Assembly: GCA_963665275.2 (NCBI GenBank)
Contig: CAXXIN010000013.1
Span: 192,001 to 256,000 of the forward strand
Length of the DNA: 64,000 nt
DNA from: Negativicutes bacterium
GTDB taxonomy: Bacteria > Bacillota > Negativicutes > UBA1444
Direction of reading: 5' to 3'
Part shown: piece after piece, positions 47,480-56,857 of the stretch
Layout: every line of letters starts with the position of its first letter
How positions within the stretch are numbered: position 1 is the first letter of the stretch
Notes under the pieces: model-generated
What the model was told of the DNA's origin: nothing
The model's database searches: none
The model's input: only the letters and a program-made list of their open reading frames with translations
Program-made: the position numbers and the translations under genes

Positions 47480-47604
47480 TCACTTTTTATTCCAACTCGA
47501 ACGCAGACAAAAAGATATTCGCCAAAAGTAGAATTTTTTCGTATTCGTAACGAATCTTCACAAAATGAAAAACCCCTTATACAAAAATTGTACAGGGGAT
47601 TTTT
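47480..47604. repeat. ~125-bp direct repeat, copy 1 (copy 2 at 51861-51985)
   Basis: CAAAAAGATATTCGCCAAAAGTAGAATTTTT...CGTATTCGTAACGAATCTTCACAAAATGAAAAA...TATACAAAAATTGTACAGGGGATTTTT in both copies. Confidence 0.93.
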
Positions 47605-47723
47605 GCTACTTTATACTACCCACCGGGTAGTCTTTGGGGAAACTTTGTTTGCCGGATTTTTATATTACCCAGAGAAAAAAGCGCGCAAAAAAAGCGAGAA
47701 GTGTTGTCAACACATTCCCTGGA

Positions 47724-47993
47724 TCACCGAGTATATATTTCGCGTCGATGTCCGATATTCAGCACCAGGACGATAATGCGATCATCCTCGATGGAGCAAA
47801 TTATTCGGTAATCTCCCACGCGATAACGCCATAATCCGGATAGGTTAGCTTTTAGAGGCTCGCCAAAGTGACGGGGGTTTTTGCAACCGTCAATTCGTTC
47901 TGACAAATAGTCCAATAGTCGTTTTTGCGTGGCTCGGTCCAAGGCCGCTAGTTGTTTTTGCGCAGTAGGACTGATCTCAACAGTCCAGCCCAA
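47724..47993 (-). CDS. RelE/ParE family toxin
   Basis: AQKQLAALDR...NPRHFGEPL...LSGLWRYRVGDYRIIC.I.D....VL.IGHRREIY. Confidence 0.93.
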   Translation of the reverse strand: MGWTVEISPTAQKQLAALDRATQKRLLDYLSERIDGCKNPRHFGEPLKANLSGLWRYRVGDYRIICSIEDDRIIVLVLNIGHRREIYTR

Positions 47994-48189
47994 GCTCGCG
48001 CCTCACTTCCGACAGTGATTTTGTACCATTCATATCGCGCAAGGACTTTTCAGCTAGGGCTGTGTCCTCCAAGTCTTCAAAATAGCGGACGAGGGCTTCC
48101 CTTACAATCGCGCTGCGGTTTCTTTTTTGTGCTTTTGCAGTTGCCTCCAAAACATCTTCCAGTTCTCGATCCATTCGTATGGCCAACAT
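47977..48189 (-). CDS. RHH (CopG/RelB-like) antitoxin
   Basis: MLAIRMDRELE..LE..A....NRSAIVREAL..YFEDLED; overlaps toxin. Confidence 0.88.
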   Translation of the reverse strand: MLAIRMDRELEDVLEATAKAQKRNRSAIVREALVRYFEDLEDTALAEKSLRDMNGTKSLSEVRRELGLDC

Positions 48190-48291
48190 GATTGCTCTCC
48201 TCCTCCTACTCCGTATAACAAAGTATAACATCTGGGTGATGAAAAAAAGCAATAAATCGCATTTTAAAAAGAGCTTAATGCGTTATCGCCC

Positions 48292-48325
48292 AAGAATCCA
48301 ACGCTTTTAGGCGTGTGGAGTGTCA
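48292..48325 (+). mobile_element. Isolated IS200/IS605 right-end-like hairpin remnant
   Basis: AAGAATCCAACGCTTTTAGGCGTGTGGAGTGTCA resembles AGAATCCCACGCCTTTAGGCGTGGGAGTGTCA-type ends. Confidence 0.5.
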
Positions 48326-48710
48326 TTAGGGATTGCCTGAGAATACTCCAATGCTGACGCATCCGCCTGATGAAGTGACTACGTGTTATGGTTTCTTAAA
48401 AAACAATCCGATGATGTATGAGCGGTGCAAAGATAGGCGGTTGGGGAAAGAAGGCTACCGCAAAGCGGTGATCAAAAATTATTGAAGCTTCTCAAACGAT
48501 CAGCATTATGCGCTCTTTTACTGTGCTCAGGACTATCTGAAATTACGATTCCAGCATTCATCCGCCGACCTCAGGTTAGGGCCTACTTCGCATTGACGGT
48601 ACGTTGCGCGTTGGGTAAGCTATATCCGGGGCGGACTGAAAGATTTACTATCACTGGCTGGCGGCATTCGCAAAGTTTGGGGTTATGTATTAAAAAGTAT
48701 AGAACACGCC

Positions 48711-48743
48711 AAAGAGCAGGTCAGTTGTCTTTGACCTGCTCTT
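48711..48743 (-). terminator. Terminator after inverse autotransporter
   Basis: AAGAGCAGGTCA...TGACCTGCTCTT. Confidence 0.65.
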
Positions 48744-48831
48744 CCGACTAGTTGTTTATACCGGGTTTGCCGTAATTTTGCAAATATTGGTTAAAAAGAA
48801 AGATTCATCAATGTTGTTTCTATTTTTAAAT

Positions 48832-51810
48832 TTAAAGAGGATTCAATTTACCATTGGCTAACTCGAACTGCGCATTATAAATTGGCATAATGAACGTCGT
48901 CACATCAAGGGACGTAGCCTGCGACACTAACCGTATCGTGTGCCCGGGTAACGCATGAAACGTCCCGGCATTCATGTACGAAATGGTCGTTAACTTCGAC
49001 GCTATCGTGTCGTCCCATATGTCTATACCAAGATTAATGCTATCTTTATTGTATAGGTAAATTGTTGGGAATGGGCTGAAAATCGCAGAAACTGACGTGT
49101 TCGCCGTCGGCTTGCTAAAAGTCTTGATGCAACCATCATATTCCGTTGTAGCTGCTGCCGTTATGACCCCATTCACAACAAGGCCTGAGAAGTAATAGTT
49201 TCCTGTATGTGCAATCGTATAGGTGACCGACCCCTCCGAGGTGCACGTCGTGCTGCCGCTGGGGGATATCGTACCGCCCGTACTCGCGCTGCTATAAAAT
49301 ATGTATGATTCAGCGCTGAGCTTGACGCTGGCGCTGCCGCCGCTGCTTGTAACGGCGACCGTGTCCGTGCCGCCGCTGGTCACATAGCCTGTGGCGCTGG
49401 CCGTGAAGTTATAGTTCCCCACTGGAATCCCGGTGAAGGTCGCCACCCCGGAGGTGGTCGTCGTCGTCTGCACCGCCGAGCCTACCGCGAGACTGACTGT
49501 CGCGGTTGTTAGCGGGGTTGAGCTGCCTGATGGATAGACGGTGATGGTCACCGTGCCGCTTTGGCGGGCGAGGGCGACGGCGACCGGGGTGGTCGTCCCC
49601 CCGGCGATGGTAACGCTGAGCGTTTTACTTACGTATCCGTCGAGCGCCACAGCGAAGTCGTAGGTTCCCACGGTCAGGCCGGTAAAGGTCGCCACACCGG
49701 AGACCGCTGTCTTGGTCGTACCGCTCGGCGATTGGGTCACGACGGCATTGAGCGCATTGCCGCCGGTATCGGTAATGGTGAAGCTGGCATTGCCGATCTG
49801 ATTCGTCAGCGCGATCGTGGCGGTTGCCGTTGCGCCGCTGGCGATGGTGACTCCGGCGGTCATCGTCGGATACCCGGTCTTACTCGCCGTGAACGTCTGC
49901 GTTCCTGTCGGCAGGTTGCCAAGGACGGCGACGCCGCCCGGATCGGTCACCACCGATTGAATCACGCTGCCGACGGTGACGCTCACTGTCGCCCCGGAGA
50001 TTACATTCGTTCCGTCAGTGACTTTGATCGCGGCGCCCCCGGCGCCGCTGCCGGACATCACCACATAACTCGTAAGGTTGCCGCCTCCCGTGGGTACGGT
50101 GACGGTGCTGGAGGTGATGGTTTGGGTCCCGGAAGCCGCGGTGAAGATATACGAACCGGCGGGCAGATTGCCGAAGCTCGCCGTACCGGCGGCGCCAGTG
50201 GTCCGTGTGATGCTGTAGCTGCTGACGGCGGCGTATGCCGTTTTGACTCCGAATAGGAGATCGAAGAAGTTTTTCTCGCCTTGAGCGGAAGAGCCGCTGG
50301 ACTGGATCGTGACGATCGCCCCGGCGATCGGGTTGCCGGAGGCGTCGGTGACGGTGACGGTAATTCCGCCGCCGGTAATCGAGAGGGTAATCGCCGCCTG
50401 CGCGGTCTGGTCCTTGACGACCGTTACCGCGCTGCTGTCGGCGGATAGGTTGAAGTACGTGGCTTTCACGGTATAACTGCCAACGGTAAGCCCGCTGATG
50501 GTTCCCTTGCCGGAGGCATCGGAGGTAACGGCAGTTCCTACGGCGTTGCCGTTTTGGTAAGCCTGCAGGCTAACGCCCTGCAGGGCTCCGCCGCTGGTGT
50601 TGGTGACGCTCACGGCGATGGAGCCGGTATAGGCGACGAACTTCGTCCATTTCTCGGTTTTGATGTCGTTTTCCCGTTCTACTTTCTGCAGCATTTTATG
50701 TGAGACATCGTTCGCAGACCGCAGCGCCAGATCCGAGGGATTGACCGGCGTGGCTTTGGCGGTGAAGCGGTCGGTGAGTTTGGCGGCGTTGACCAAGATG
50801 GGTTCGCCGATGGGTTTGCCGTTTTGGTATAGCTGGACCAACACGGGGATGGGTTTGCCGTCTATTGTCGGCAGGCTGCCCCAGAAGGCGGGACCTAACG
50901 CATCGGCGAGTTGGTAGGAGATTTTGCCGTAGAGGTTGCCGCTGGCAAGGTTGGAGCTTTGGTAGCCGATCTCCACTGCCACGCGTGGAGTGAGCTGCAT
51001 GTTGCTGCGCAAGCGAAAGCCGTTTTCGTCGGGGTTGTGCTCGTTGTCCCAGTGATAGCCCCCGGCGTAGACTTTCCACCACGGGGCTTTGGGCAGGGAG
51101 GTTCCCAGTTCGTAGTCGAAACCTTCGACGGCCCGGATGTAGGAATAGAGAATACCGCTGGATTGATACTCCTGTCCGGTTTGTTTCTCCCCGGAGAGGG
51201 GACGGTAATAGTTGAAGCGGTATTCCATTTGTTTGTGGAAGTATTCCGCGCCGAAGCCGACGCGCTGGAGATCGTACTGGAAACCGTAATCGTAGAAGAG
51301 ATTGAGGCCGACGAGGGAGGTCTTGTCGGAGGAAAGTTTGCGCCAGCCGAAGCCGAGGTTGGCGGTGCTGCCGTTATCTGCACTGAGGTGGGCGTAGCGT
51401 CCCTGCCAGAACCAGAGGCTGCCGTCTTTCCCGACTTCTCCGAAGGGTTGGACGGTTTCGAAAGAATAGAGGGGCCGGTTGTCTTGATCAAATCGGAGCT
51501 GGATGTCCGTGGTCTTCAGCCAGGAGGGTCCGCCTTTTTGGCCGCGCTGGAGGTAGTAGGCGAGGAGGCGGTTGCCGAAGCTATTCAGCTTTTCCTGATC
51601 ACTGATGCGTTTGCCGCTGGCGGAGGAGTCTGATGCGGCATCAGAAGAGGCTGCCTTCTCCCCCGTTGTCTCCGCAGTGGTCTTGTCTACCGTAAAAGTA
51701 ATGGGATCGGCACTGTCTGCCGCCGAAGCCGCAGCTAGGCCGGGATTGGCAAGCATCAGTAGAATGAGCAGCTGCGCCAATCGCTGTTTGAGGTTTCTGG
51801 AGATCTCCAA
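48832..51810 (-). CDS. Inverse autotransporter (invasin/intimin-like beta-barrel) with tandem Ig/carboxypeptidase-regulatory-like repeats
   Basis: TANLGFGWR, VGLNLFYDY, RVGFGAEY, N.Y.PLS, GFDYE, KVERENDI; then about 5 repeats of G.I.VTV......I.GA.V...T...G.A.F..L..G.Y; TTG start after GGGAGG. Confidence 0.85.
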   Translation of the reverse strand: MEISRNLKQRLAQLLILLMLANPGLAAASAADSADPITFTVDKTTAETTGEKAASSDAASDSSASGKRISDQEKLNSFGNRLLAYYLQRGQKGGPSWLKTTDIQLRFDQDNRPLYSFETVQPFGEVGKDGSLWFWQGRYAHLSADNGSTANLGFGWRKLSSDKTSLVGLNLFYDYGFQYDLQRVGFGAEYFHKQMEYRFNYYRPLSGEKQTGQEYQSSGILYSYIRAVEGFDYELGTSLPKAPWWKVYAGGYHWDNEHNPDENGFRLRSNMQLTPRVAVEIGYQSSNLASGNLYGKISYQLADALGPAFWGSLPTIDGKPIPVLVQLYQNGKPIGEPILVNAAKLTDRFTAKATPVNPSDLALRSANDVSHKMLQKVERENDIKTEKWTKFVAYTGSIAVSVTNTSGGALQGVSLQAYQNGNAVGTAVTSDASGKGTISGLTVGSYTVKATYFNLSADSSAVTVVKDQTAQAAITLSITGGGITVTVTDASGNPIAGAIVTIQSSGSSAQGEKNFFDLLFGVKTAYAAVSSYSITRTTGAAGTASFGNLPAGSYIFTAASGTQTITSSTVTVPTGGGNLTSYVVMSGSGAGGAAIKVTDGTNVISGATVSVTVGSVIQSVVTDPGGVAVLGNLPTGTQTFTASKTGYPTMTAGVTIASGATATATIALTNQIGNASFTITDTGGNALNAVVTQSPSGTTKTAVSGVATFTGLTVGTYDFAVALDGYVSKTLSVTIAGGTTTPVAVALARQSGTVTITVYPSGSSTPLTTATVSLAVGSAVQTTTTTSGVATFTGIPVGNYNFTASATGYVTSGGTDTVAVTSSGGSASVKLSAESYIFYSSASTGGTISPSGSTTCTSEGSVTYTIAHTGNYYFSGLVVNGVITAAATTEYDGCIKTFSKPTANTSVSAIFSPFPTIYLYNKDSINLGIDIWDDTIASKLTTISYMNAGTFHALPGHTIRLVSQATSLDVTTFIMPIYNAQFELANGKLNPL

Positions 51811-51860
51811 ACCACATACCCTCCCCTGAATTGCAACAAAAAATACTACAATTTTAATCG

Positions 51861-51985
51861 TCACTTCTAATCCTAAAACGAACTCAGGCAAAAAGATATT
51901 CGCCAAAAGTAGAATTTTTCGTATTCGTAACGAATCTTCACAAAATGAAAAATCCCCTATACAAAAATTGTACAGGGGATTTTTT
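51861..51985. repeat. ~125-bp direct repeat, copy 2 (includes terminator hairpin)
   Basis: Near-identical to 47480-47604; AAAAATCCCCT...AGGGGATTTTT hairpin. Confidence 0.93.
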
Positions 51986-52025
51986 TGCGAGTTTAGCTTT
52001 TATTATTGCTTTCTTTATATGAATT

Positions 52026-52979
52026 CTATTTTTCGTTTTTGTCTCTTTGCAGCCAATCGATCAATATGGCTTCCCGTTGTTTCTTCAGCTTGCTCAGCAC
52101 TTCCGGCGATGTCCAGTCGTAGAACCCCTTGCCGGTTTTCGCGCCGAGATCGCCGCGAGCCACCGTCTCCGCCATCATCGGAGAAGAAACAGGATCGTTG
52201 CACAGATCCTTGTACAGATAGCCGGAAATGTTCTGGAAAATATCCAGTCCACCGAGATCGGCGCTTTCCAGTGGGCCGGTGACGCCGTAGCGACGGCCCA
52301 GGCTATACCGAACGGTAGCATCGACCGCTTCCGGGGTAGCGATGCCTTCCTGCACGATATATAGAGCTTCCCGCAGCATGGCCAGTTGCAGCCGATTGCC
52401 GATGAAGCCGAGTGCTTCGCGTTTCAGCGCCACTGGTTTTTTGCCGATTTTCTCCATGAGCGCCCACGTTAGGTTCACCGTTTCCTGTGAAGTATGTTTC
52501 CCAGGCACTACTTCTACCAAAGGCACCAGATGCGGTGGGTTCCAAAAATGTGCGACCACGAATTTATCCTTGCGCGATACCGCCTCAGCCACTGCCGTGG
52601 GGCTCAAGCCGGAGGTATTGGTGGCGAAGATGGTGTGCGCCGGACAAAGCTTGTCCAACTTTTTAAAAACGTCTTGTTTAACTGCGAGTTCTTCTGCGAC
52701 TGATTCGATAACAAAATCCGCGTCTTTCGCAGCTTCCTCCAGGGTCGTCACGCCGGTGATCCGCCCCAGGATCTCGGGGATTTCCGCTTCGGAAATCAGC
52801 TGATGCTCCTTGTAAGTCTGTAACGCACCGCGAACGCCTTTGATTCCCTTCTCAATGCTTTCTTGGCTGCGACCGTACATGCGGACGTTATACCCGGCTT
52901 TGGCGAAAGCGACCGCAGTGCCATGGCCCATGGTCCCCGTGCCCAGGTTGCAGATATTCCGAATGTCTTTGAGTTCCAT
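52026..52979 (-). CDS. 3-hydroxyacyl-CoA dehydrogenase family protein
   Basis: GTGTMGHG, ESVAE, ATNTSG, HFWNPP, GFIGNRLQ. Confidence 0.92.
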   Translation of the reverse strand: MELKDIRNICNLGTGTMGHGTAVAFAKAGYNVRMYGRSQESIEKGIKGVRGALQTYKEHQLISEAEIPEILGRITGVTTLEEAAKDADFVIESVAEELAVKQDVFKKLDKLCPAHTIFATNTSGLSPTAVAEAVSRKDKFVVAHFWNPPHLVPLVEVVPGKHTSQETVNLTWALMEKIGKKPVALKREALGFIGNRLQLAMLREALYIVQEGIATPEAVDATVRYSLGRRYGVTGPLESADLGGLDIFQNISGYLYKDLCNDPVSSPMMAETVARGDLGAKTGKGFYDWTSPEVLSKLKKQREAILIDWLQRDKNEK

Positions 52980-53017
52980 CGTTTTTCCTCCCTCTATCTT
53001 TTTGCTTTCGCGTGTTC

Positions 53018-54388
53018 TTAGCTCAGGCCGCAAATTGCCTTGGCCGCCTGTTTCCCAGCGCCCATGGCGCTGATGACGGTTGCCGCCCCGGTGACGATGT
53101 CGCCGCCGGCATAGACCCCGTCGCGCGAAGTCTCGCCCCGCTCATTGACAACGATCGTGCCGCGCCGCGTCACTACCAGGCCCGGAGTGGTCCGGGGGAT
53201 CAGAGGATTGGGCGTGTTGCCGATGGCGATGACCACCGTATCGACAGGCAGAATCGTTTCCGAACCAGGAACTTCTACGGCGCAACGCCGCCCGGATGCA
53301 TCCGCGGCTCCAAGCTCCATACGCTGGCACTCCAAGCCCTGGACCCATCCCTTTTCATCACCGATGATCCGGCTCGGGTTCATCAGGAACTGGCAGATAA
53401 CCCCTTCGGCCTTGGCATGCTCGAACTCTTCGTGTCGGGCGGGGATCTCCGCTTCCGAGCGCCGATATACCAGATAGACCTTTTCCGCGCCCATCCGCAG
53501 CGAGGTTCGCGCAGCATCCATCGCCACGTTGCCGCCGCCGACAACTGCCACGATTTTGCCCACCTTAACGGGGGTATTATACTCAGGGAATTGATAGGCT
53601 TTCATCAAATTGATCCGGGTCAGGAATTCATTGGCGGAATACACGCCGTTGCAATTTTCGCCCGGAATACCAAGAAACTGGGGTGCACCGGCGCCAGACC
53701 CGATGAATACGGCTTCGTACCCTTGTTCGAACAGCTCGTCAATGGACAGCGCTTTGCCAACCACCGCGTTGGTGATGATTTTGACGCCGAGCGACTTGAT
53801 GTGCTCGACTTCGGCGGCCACGATGTCCTTGGGCAGGCGGAATTCCGGAATTCCGTAAATGAGAACGCCGCCCGCGCGATGCAGCGCTTCGAAGATCGTC
53901 ACGTCATAGCCAGCCATCGCCAGATCCGCAGCGGCGGTCAGCCCGGCCGGTCCCGCGCCGATGACGGCGGCTTTGCGACCATTTTTCGTGATTGTCGGAG
54001 TTTCCGACGACGCCGTCGCCCGATCACAGTCAGCAACATAACGTTCCAACCGTCCAATGGCGACAGCTTCGCCTTTTTTGCCGAGAATGCAGTGGCTTTC
54101 GCACTGTTTCTCCTGCGGGCATACCCGGCCGCACACTGCGGGCAGGTTATTTTTTTCCTTGATCTTGCGGGCCGCATCGCCTATTTTTCCGTCACGAATA
54201 CAATGTATGAATGCGGGAATATCTACTTCCACCGGACAGCCGCTCCGGCAGGGCGCAGTCTTGCACTGCAGGCATCGGGATGCTTCCAGCGCCGCAGTGG
54301 CGGCGTCATAGCCGACGGCCACTTCACGGAAATTCTGAACGCGTTCGGCTACTGGTTGTTCGGGCATGGGGTGTCGATTCAGTGACAT
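53018..54388 (-). CDS. nfnB: NfnB/SudA (GltA-like) flavoprotein subunit
   Basis: EASRCLQC...C..GCP, CGRVCPQE.QCE, YGIPEFRLP, GGGNVAMD, GDIVTGAATV. Confidence 0.88.
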   Translation of the reverse strand: MSLNRHPMPEQPVAERVQNFREVAVGYDAATAALEASRCLQCKTAPCRSGCPVEVDIPAFIHCIRDGKIGDAARKIKEKNNLPAVCGRVCPQEKQCESHCILGKKGEAVAIGRLERYVADCDRATASSETPTITKNGRKAAVIGAGPAGLTAAADLAMAGYDVTIFEALHRAGGVLIYGIPEFRLPKDIVAAEVEHIKSLGVKIITNAVVGKALSIDELFEQGYEAVFIGSGAGAPQFLGIPGENCNGVYSANEFLTRINLMKAYQFPEYNTPVKVGKIVAVVGGGNVAMDAARTSLRMGAEKVYLVYRRSEAEIPARHEEFEHAKAEGVICQFLMNPSRIIGDEKGWVQGLECQRMELGAADASGRRCAVEVPGSETILPVDTVVIAIGNTPNPLIPRTTPGLVVTRRGTIVVNERGETSRDGVYAGGDIVTGAATVISAMGAGKQAAKAICGLS

Positions 54389-55230
54389 GAGCAGGTACCT
54401 CCTCCGTGGCAAGTGTGGGCGCCGTCGCAGGTTTTCTCCATGTCAACGTAGGTCTTTTGGCGTGCCATCAGTCCTGCGAAGTCGATTTGGTGCGCGTCGA
54501 ATTCCGGTCCATCCACACAGGCGAATTTCGTTTCCGTGCCGATACTCACGCGGCAGCCGCCGCACATGCCGGTGCCATCCACCATGATGGGATTCAGGCT
54601 GGCGATGGTCTTGATGCCGTGAGGCCGGGTCACTTCGGCTACCGCCCGCATCATGACGACCGGTCCGATGGCAATGACTTCGGCGATGGGTTCGCCCTGG
54701 GCGATCAATTCTTTAAGAACATCGGTGACGAATCCTTTCCGCTGGTAGGAGCCGTCATCCGTGGTAATTTTCAATTCTGTACTGGCACTCTGCATCTCCT
54801 TTTCGAGAATCAGGAGGCCATGGTTGCGGGCGCCAACGATGCTGATCACTTTATTGCCGGCCTGTTTCATTCCCCGCGCGATCGGGAAGATGGGAGCTAC
54901 GCCGATCCCGCCGCCTACACAGACAACGGTTCCCTGTTTTTTCTCAACATGGGTCGGATTCCCCAGGGGCCCGACGAAATCCAGGATGCTTTCCCCTTCG
55001 GCCAAGCGTCCGAGAGCTTTGGTTCCCGCGCCAACTTCCTGAAATATGATGGTGATGGTTCCCGCCGCCGCGTCAAAATCAGCGATGGTGAGGGGAATCC
55101 GCTCTCCCTTTTCATCCACCCGCAGAATGATAAATTCTCCCGGTTGGGCTTTGCGGGCCACCATCGGCGCTTTCACAACCATTTGCTGCACACCTGGTGA
55201 CAGAGTCTTTTTCGTGACAATCTGATACAT
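54379..55230 (-). CDS. nfnA: NfnA/SudB subunit
   Basis: GERIPLTIAD, GPLG, GGGIGVAP, MVDGTGMCGGCRV...FACVDGPEF. Confidence 0.9.
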   Translation of the reverse strand: MYQIVTKKTLSPGVQQMVVKAPMVARKAQPGEFIILRVDEKGERIPLTIADFDAAAGTITIIFQEVGAGTKALGRLAEGESILDFVGPLGNPTHVEKKQGTVVCVGGGIGVAPIFPIARGMKQAGNKVISIVGARNHGLLILEKEMQSASTELKITTDDGSYQRKGFVTDVLKELIAQGEPIAEVIAIGPVVMMRAVAEVTRPHGIKTIASLNPIMVDGTGMCGGCRVSIGTETKFACVDGPEFDAHQIDFAGLMARQKTYVDMEKTCDGAHTCHGGGTCSCH

Positions 55231-55275
55231 GAACATCCCTCCTGTCGATAATCGATCCAATCAGCACAATGTTAA

Positions 55276-55292
55276 TGCAATTATTGTGCCAA
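55276..55292 (-). promoter_or_regulatory. sigma54 promoter of nfnAB-dehydrogenase operon
   Basis: TTGGCACAATAATTGCA on minus strand. Confidence 0.82.
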
Positions 55293-55444
55293 ACCGAAAC
55301 GATTGCCGCCGATTGGCAAGAAAAAAGTCCGGCTCCTGCCGGTCTCCCGGACGCTATCAGACACCCGGGCTCATTTCCGCTTGCCGCCAAAGAAAGTCTC
55401 CCATTGCCTGGAGTGCGCATTTTTTTGCTCTATCGTACCAGCGT

Positions 55445-56857
55445 TTACTCAATTCCTTGTAGTCCACCGTCCTGAATGTTTCGCCCCAGACCGTGTTCAT
55501 CGATCTTATATAGCAACGCTCTGCGGCTGATGTCCAGAGCCTTGGCCGTTTTCACCCGGTTGCCCTGATTTTGCCGCAGGGCATTTTCGAGGATCTGTTT
55601 TTCCACCTGCCGCATCTGTTCGCGGTAGGTCCCGTTCTCGGGAACGGCGATGACAGGCAGTTCCGTCGCCGGCAGCACACCAGGGAGGTCCATGACATCG
55701 ATGACGCCCTGTGACATGATAACGGCCCGTTCCATCACGTTGGCCAACTCCCGGACATTGCCGGGCCAGGGACAGCGGCACAAGAGCTTCATGGCCTCCG
55801 GCGTGACGATCGGCACTTCGGCATGCGCCTCGTCAGAGAAGCGCCGCACAAAATAGTTCACGAATTCCGGGATATCCCCCATCCGCTCCCGCAGCGCGGG
55901 AACATGGATAGGCACCACTTTCAGCCGATAATACAAGTCTTCGCGGAACAGACCCTGCTGGACGCGTTCCTCCAGGTTCCGGTTGGTCGAGGCGATGATC
56001 CGCACATCGACTTTGAGGGTTTCCGTGCCGCCTACCCGGTCGAACGTCTTTTCCTGCAGCACGCGCAGCAATTTAACCTGCAGTGACAAGGGCAAATCGC
56101 CGATCTCATCGAGCAGCATCGTGCCGCCATTGGCCAGTTCGAACCGGCCCGGCTTGCGGGCCACTGCGCCGGTGAAGGCGCCTTTTTCATGACCGAACAA
56201 TTCGCTTTCCATGAGTCCTTCCGGCAACGCGCCGCAGTTGACCTTGATGAAGGGATTGTCGCGCCGGTTGCTGTTCCGGTGGATCGTCTGCGCGATCACT
56301 TCCTTGCCGCTGCCGCTTTCACCAGTGATCAGCACCGTGGCATTGGTCTGGGCCACCCTGCCGACAACTTTGTATACGGCCTGAACGGTAGGACTGTCGC
56401 CGATGATATTCTCGAGGCGAAAATGCTTCTTCAGCTCAAACCGCAACTCAGTCAGCTCCGAGCGCATGCAGTGCATCTGAAAGGCCCGGTCAAGCATGAT
56501 GCGTAGTTCGTTGACATTGGAAGGCTTGACCAGATAGTCGAAAGCGCCCAGTCGCATCGTCTCGATCACGGTATCAATCGTGCCATAGGCAGTCATCAGG
56601 ATTACCGGAATCTCGGGAAATTCCTGATGGATGAGGCGAAATGCCGCCAATCCGTCCATGACCGGCATTTTGATATCCATGATGATGACTGACGGCTGCA
56701 CTTCGCGGGTCATTTCTATCGCCCGCAGCCCATTCTCAGCCAAGTGCGGTTCATAGCCCGATTTTTTCGCCACCTCATAAAGCAGTCGGCGTACGGTTAC
56801 TTGATCGTCAGCGATCAGCACGGATTTATTCAAAGTTGTTGTCTCCACTGCTTGCAC
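55445..56857 (-). CDS. atoC: sigma54-dependent response regulator (AtoC/NtrC family)
   Basis: REC domain, GESGSGKE, GAFTGA, Fis HTH; next to AtoS-like kinase and AtoE. Confidence 0.85.
   Translation of the reverse strand: MQAVETTTLNKSVLIADDQVTVRRLLYEVAKKSGYEPHLAENGLRAIEMTREVQPSVIIMDIKMPVMDGLAAFRLIHQEFPEIPVILMTAYGTIDTVIETMRLGAFDYLVKPSNVNELRIMLDRAFQMHCMRSELTELRFELKKHFRLENIIGDSPTVQAVYKVVGRVAQTNATVLITGESGSGKEVIAQTIHRNSNRRDNPFIKVNCGALPEGLMESELFGHEKGAFTGAVARKPGRFELANGGTMLLDEIGDLPLSLQVKLLRVLQEKTFDRVGGTETLKVDVRIIASTNRNLEERVQQGLFREDLYYRLKVVPIHVPALRERMGDIPEFVNYFVRRFSDEAHAEVPIVTPEAMKLLCRCPWPGNVRELANVMERAVIMSQGVIDVMDLPGVLPATELPVIAVPENGTYREQMRQVEKQILENALRQNQGNRVKTAKALDISRRALLYKIDEHGLGRNIQDGGLQGIE

Noticed and set aside
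48755-48775. c-di-GMP-I riboswitch (GGCAAAC on minus strand)
   Set aside because: No GAAA tetraloop/P2 or GCAAA partner, and it lies downstream of a gene.
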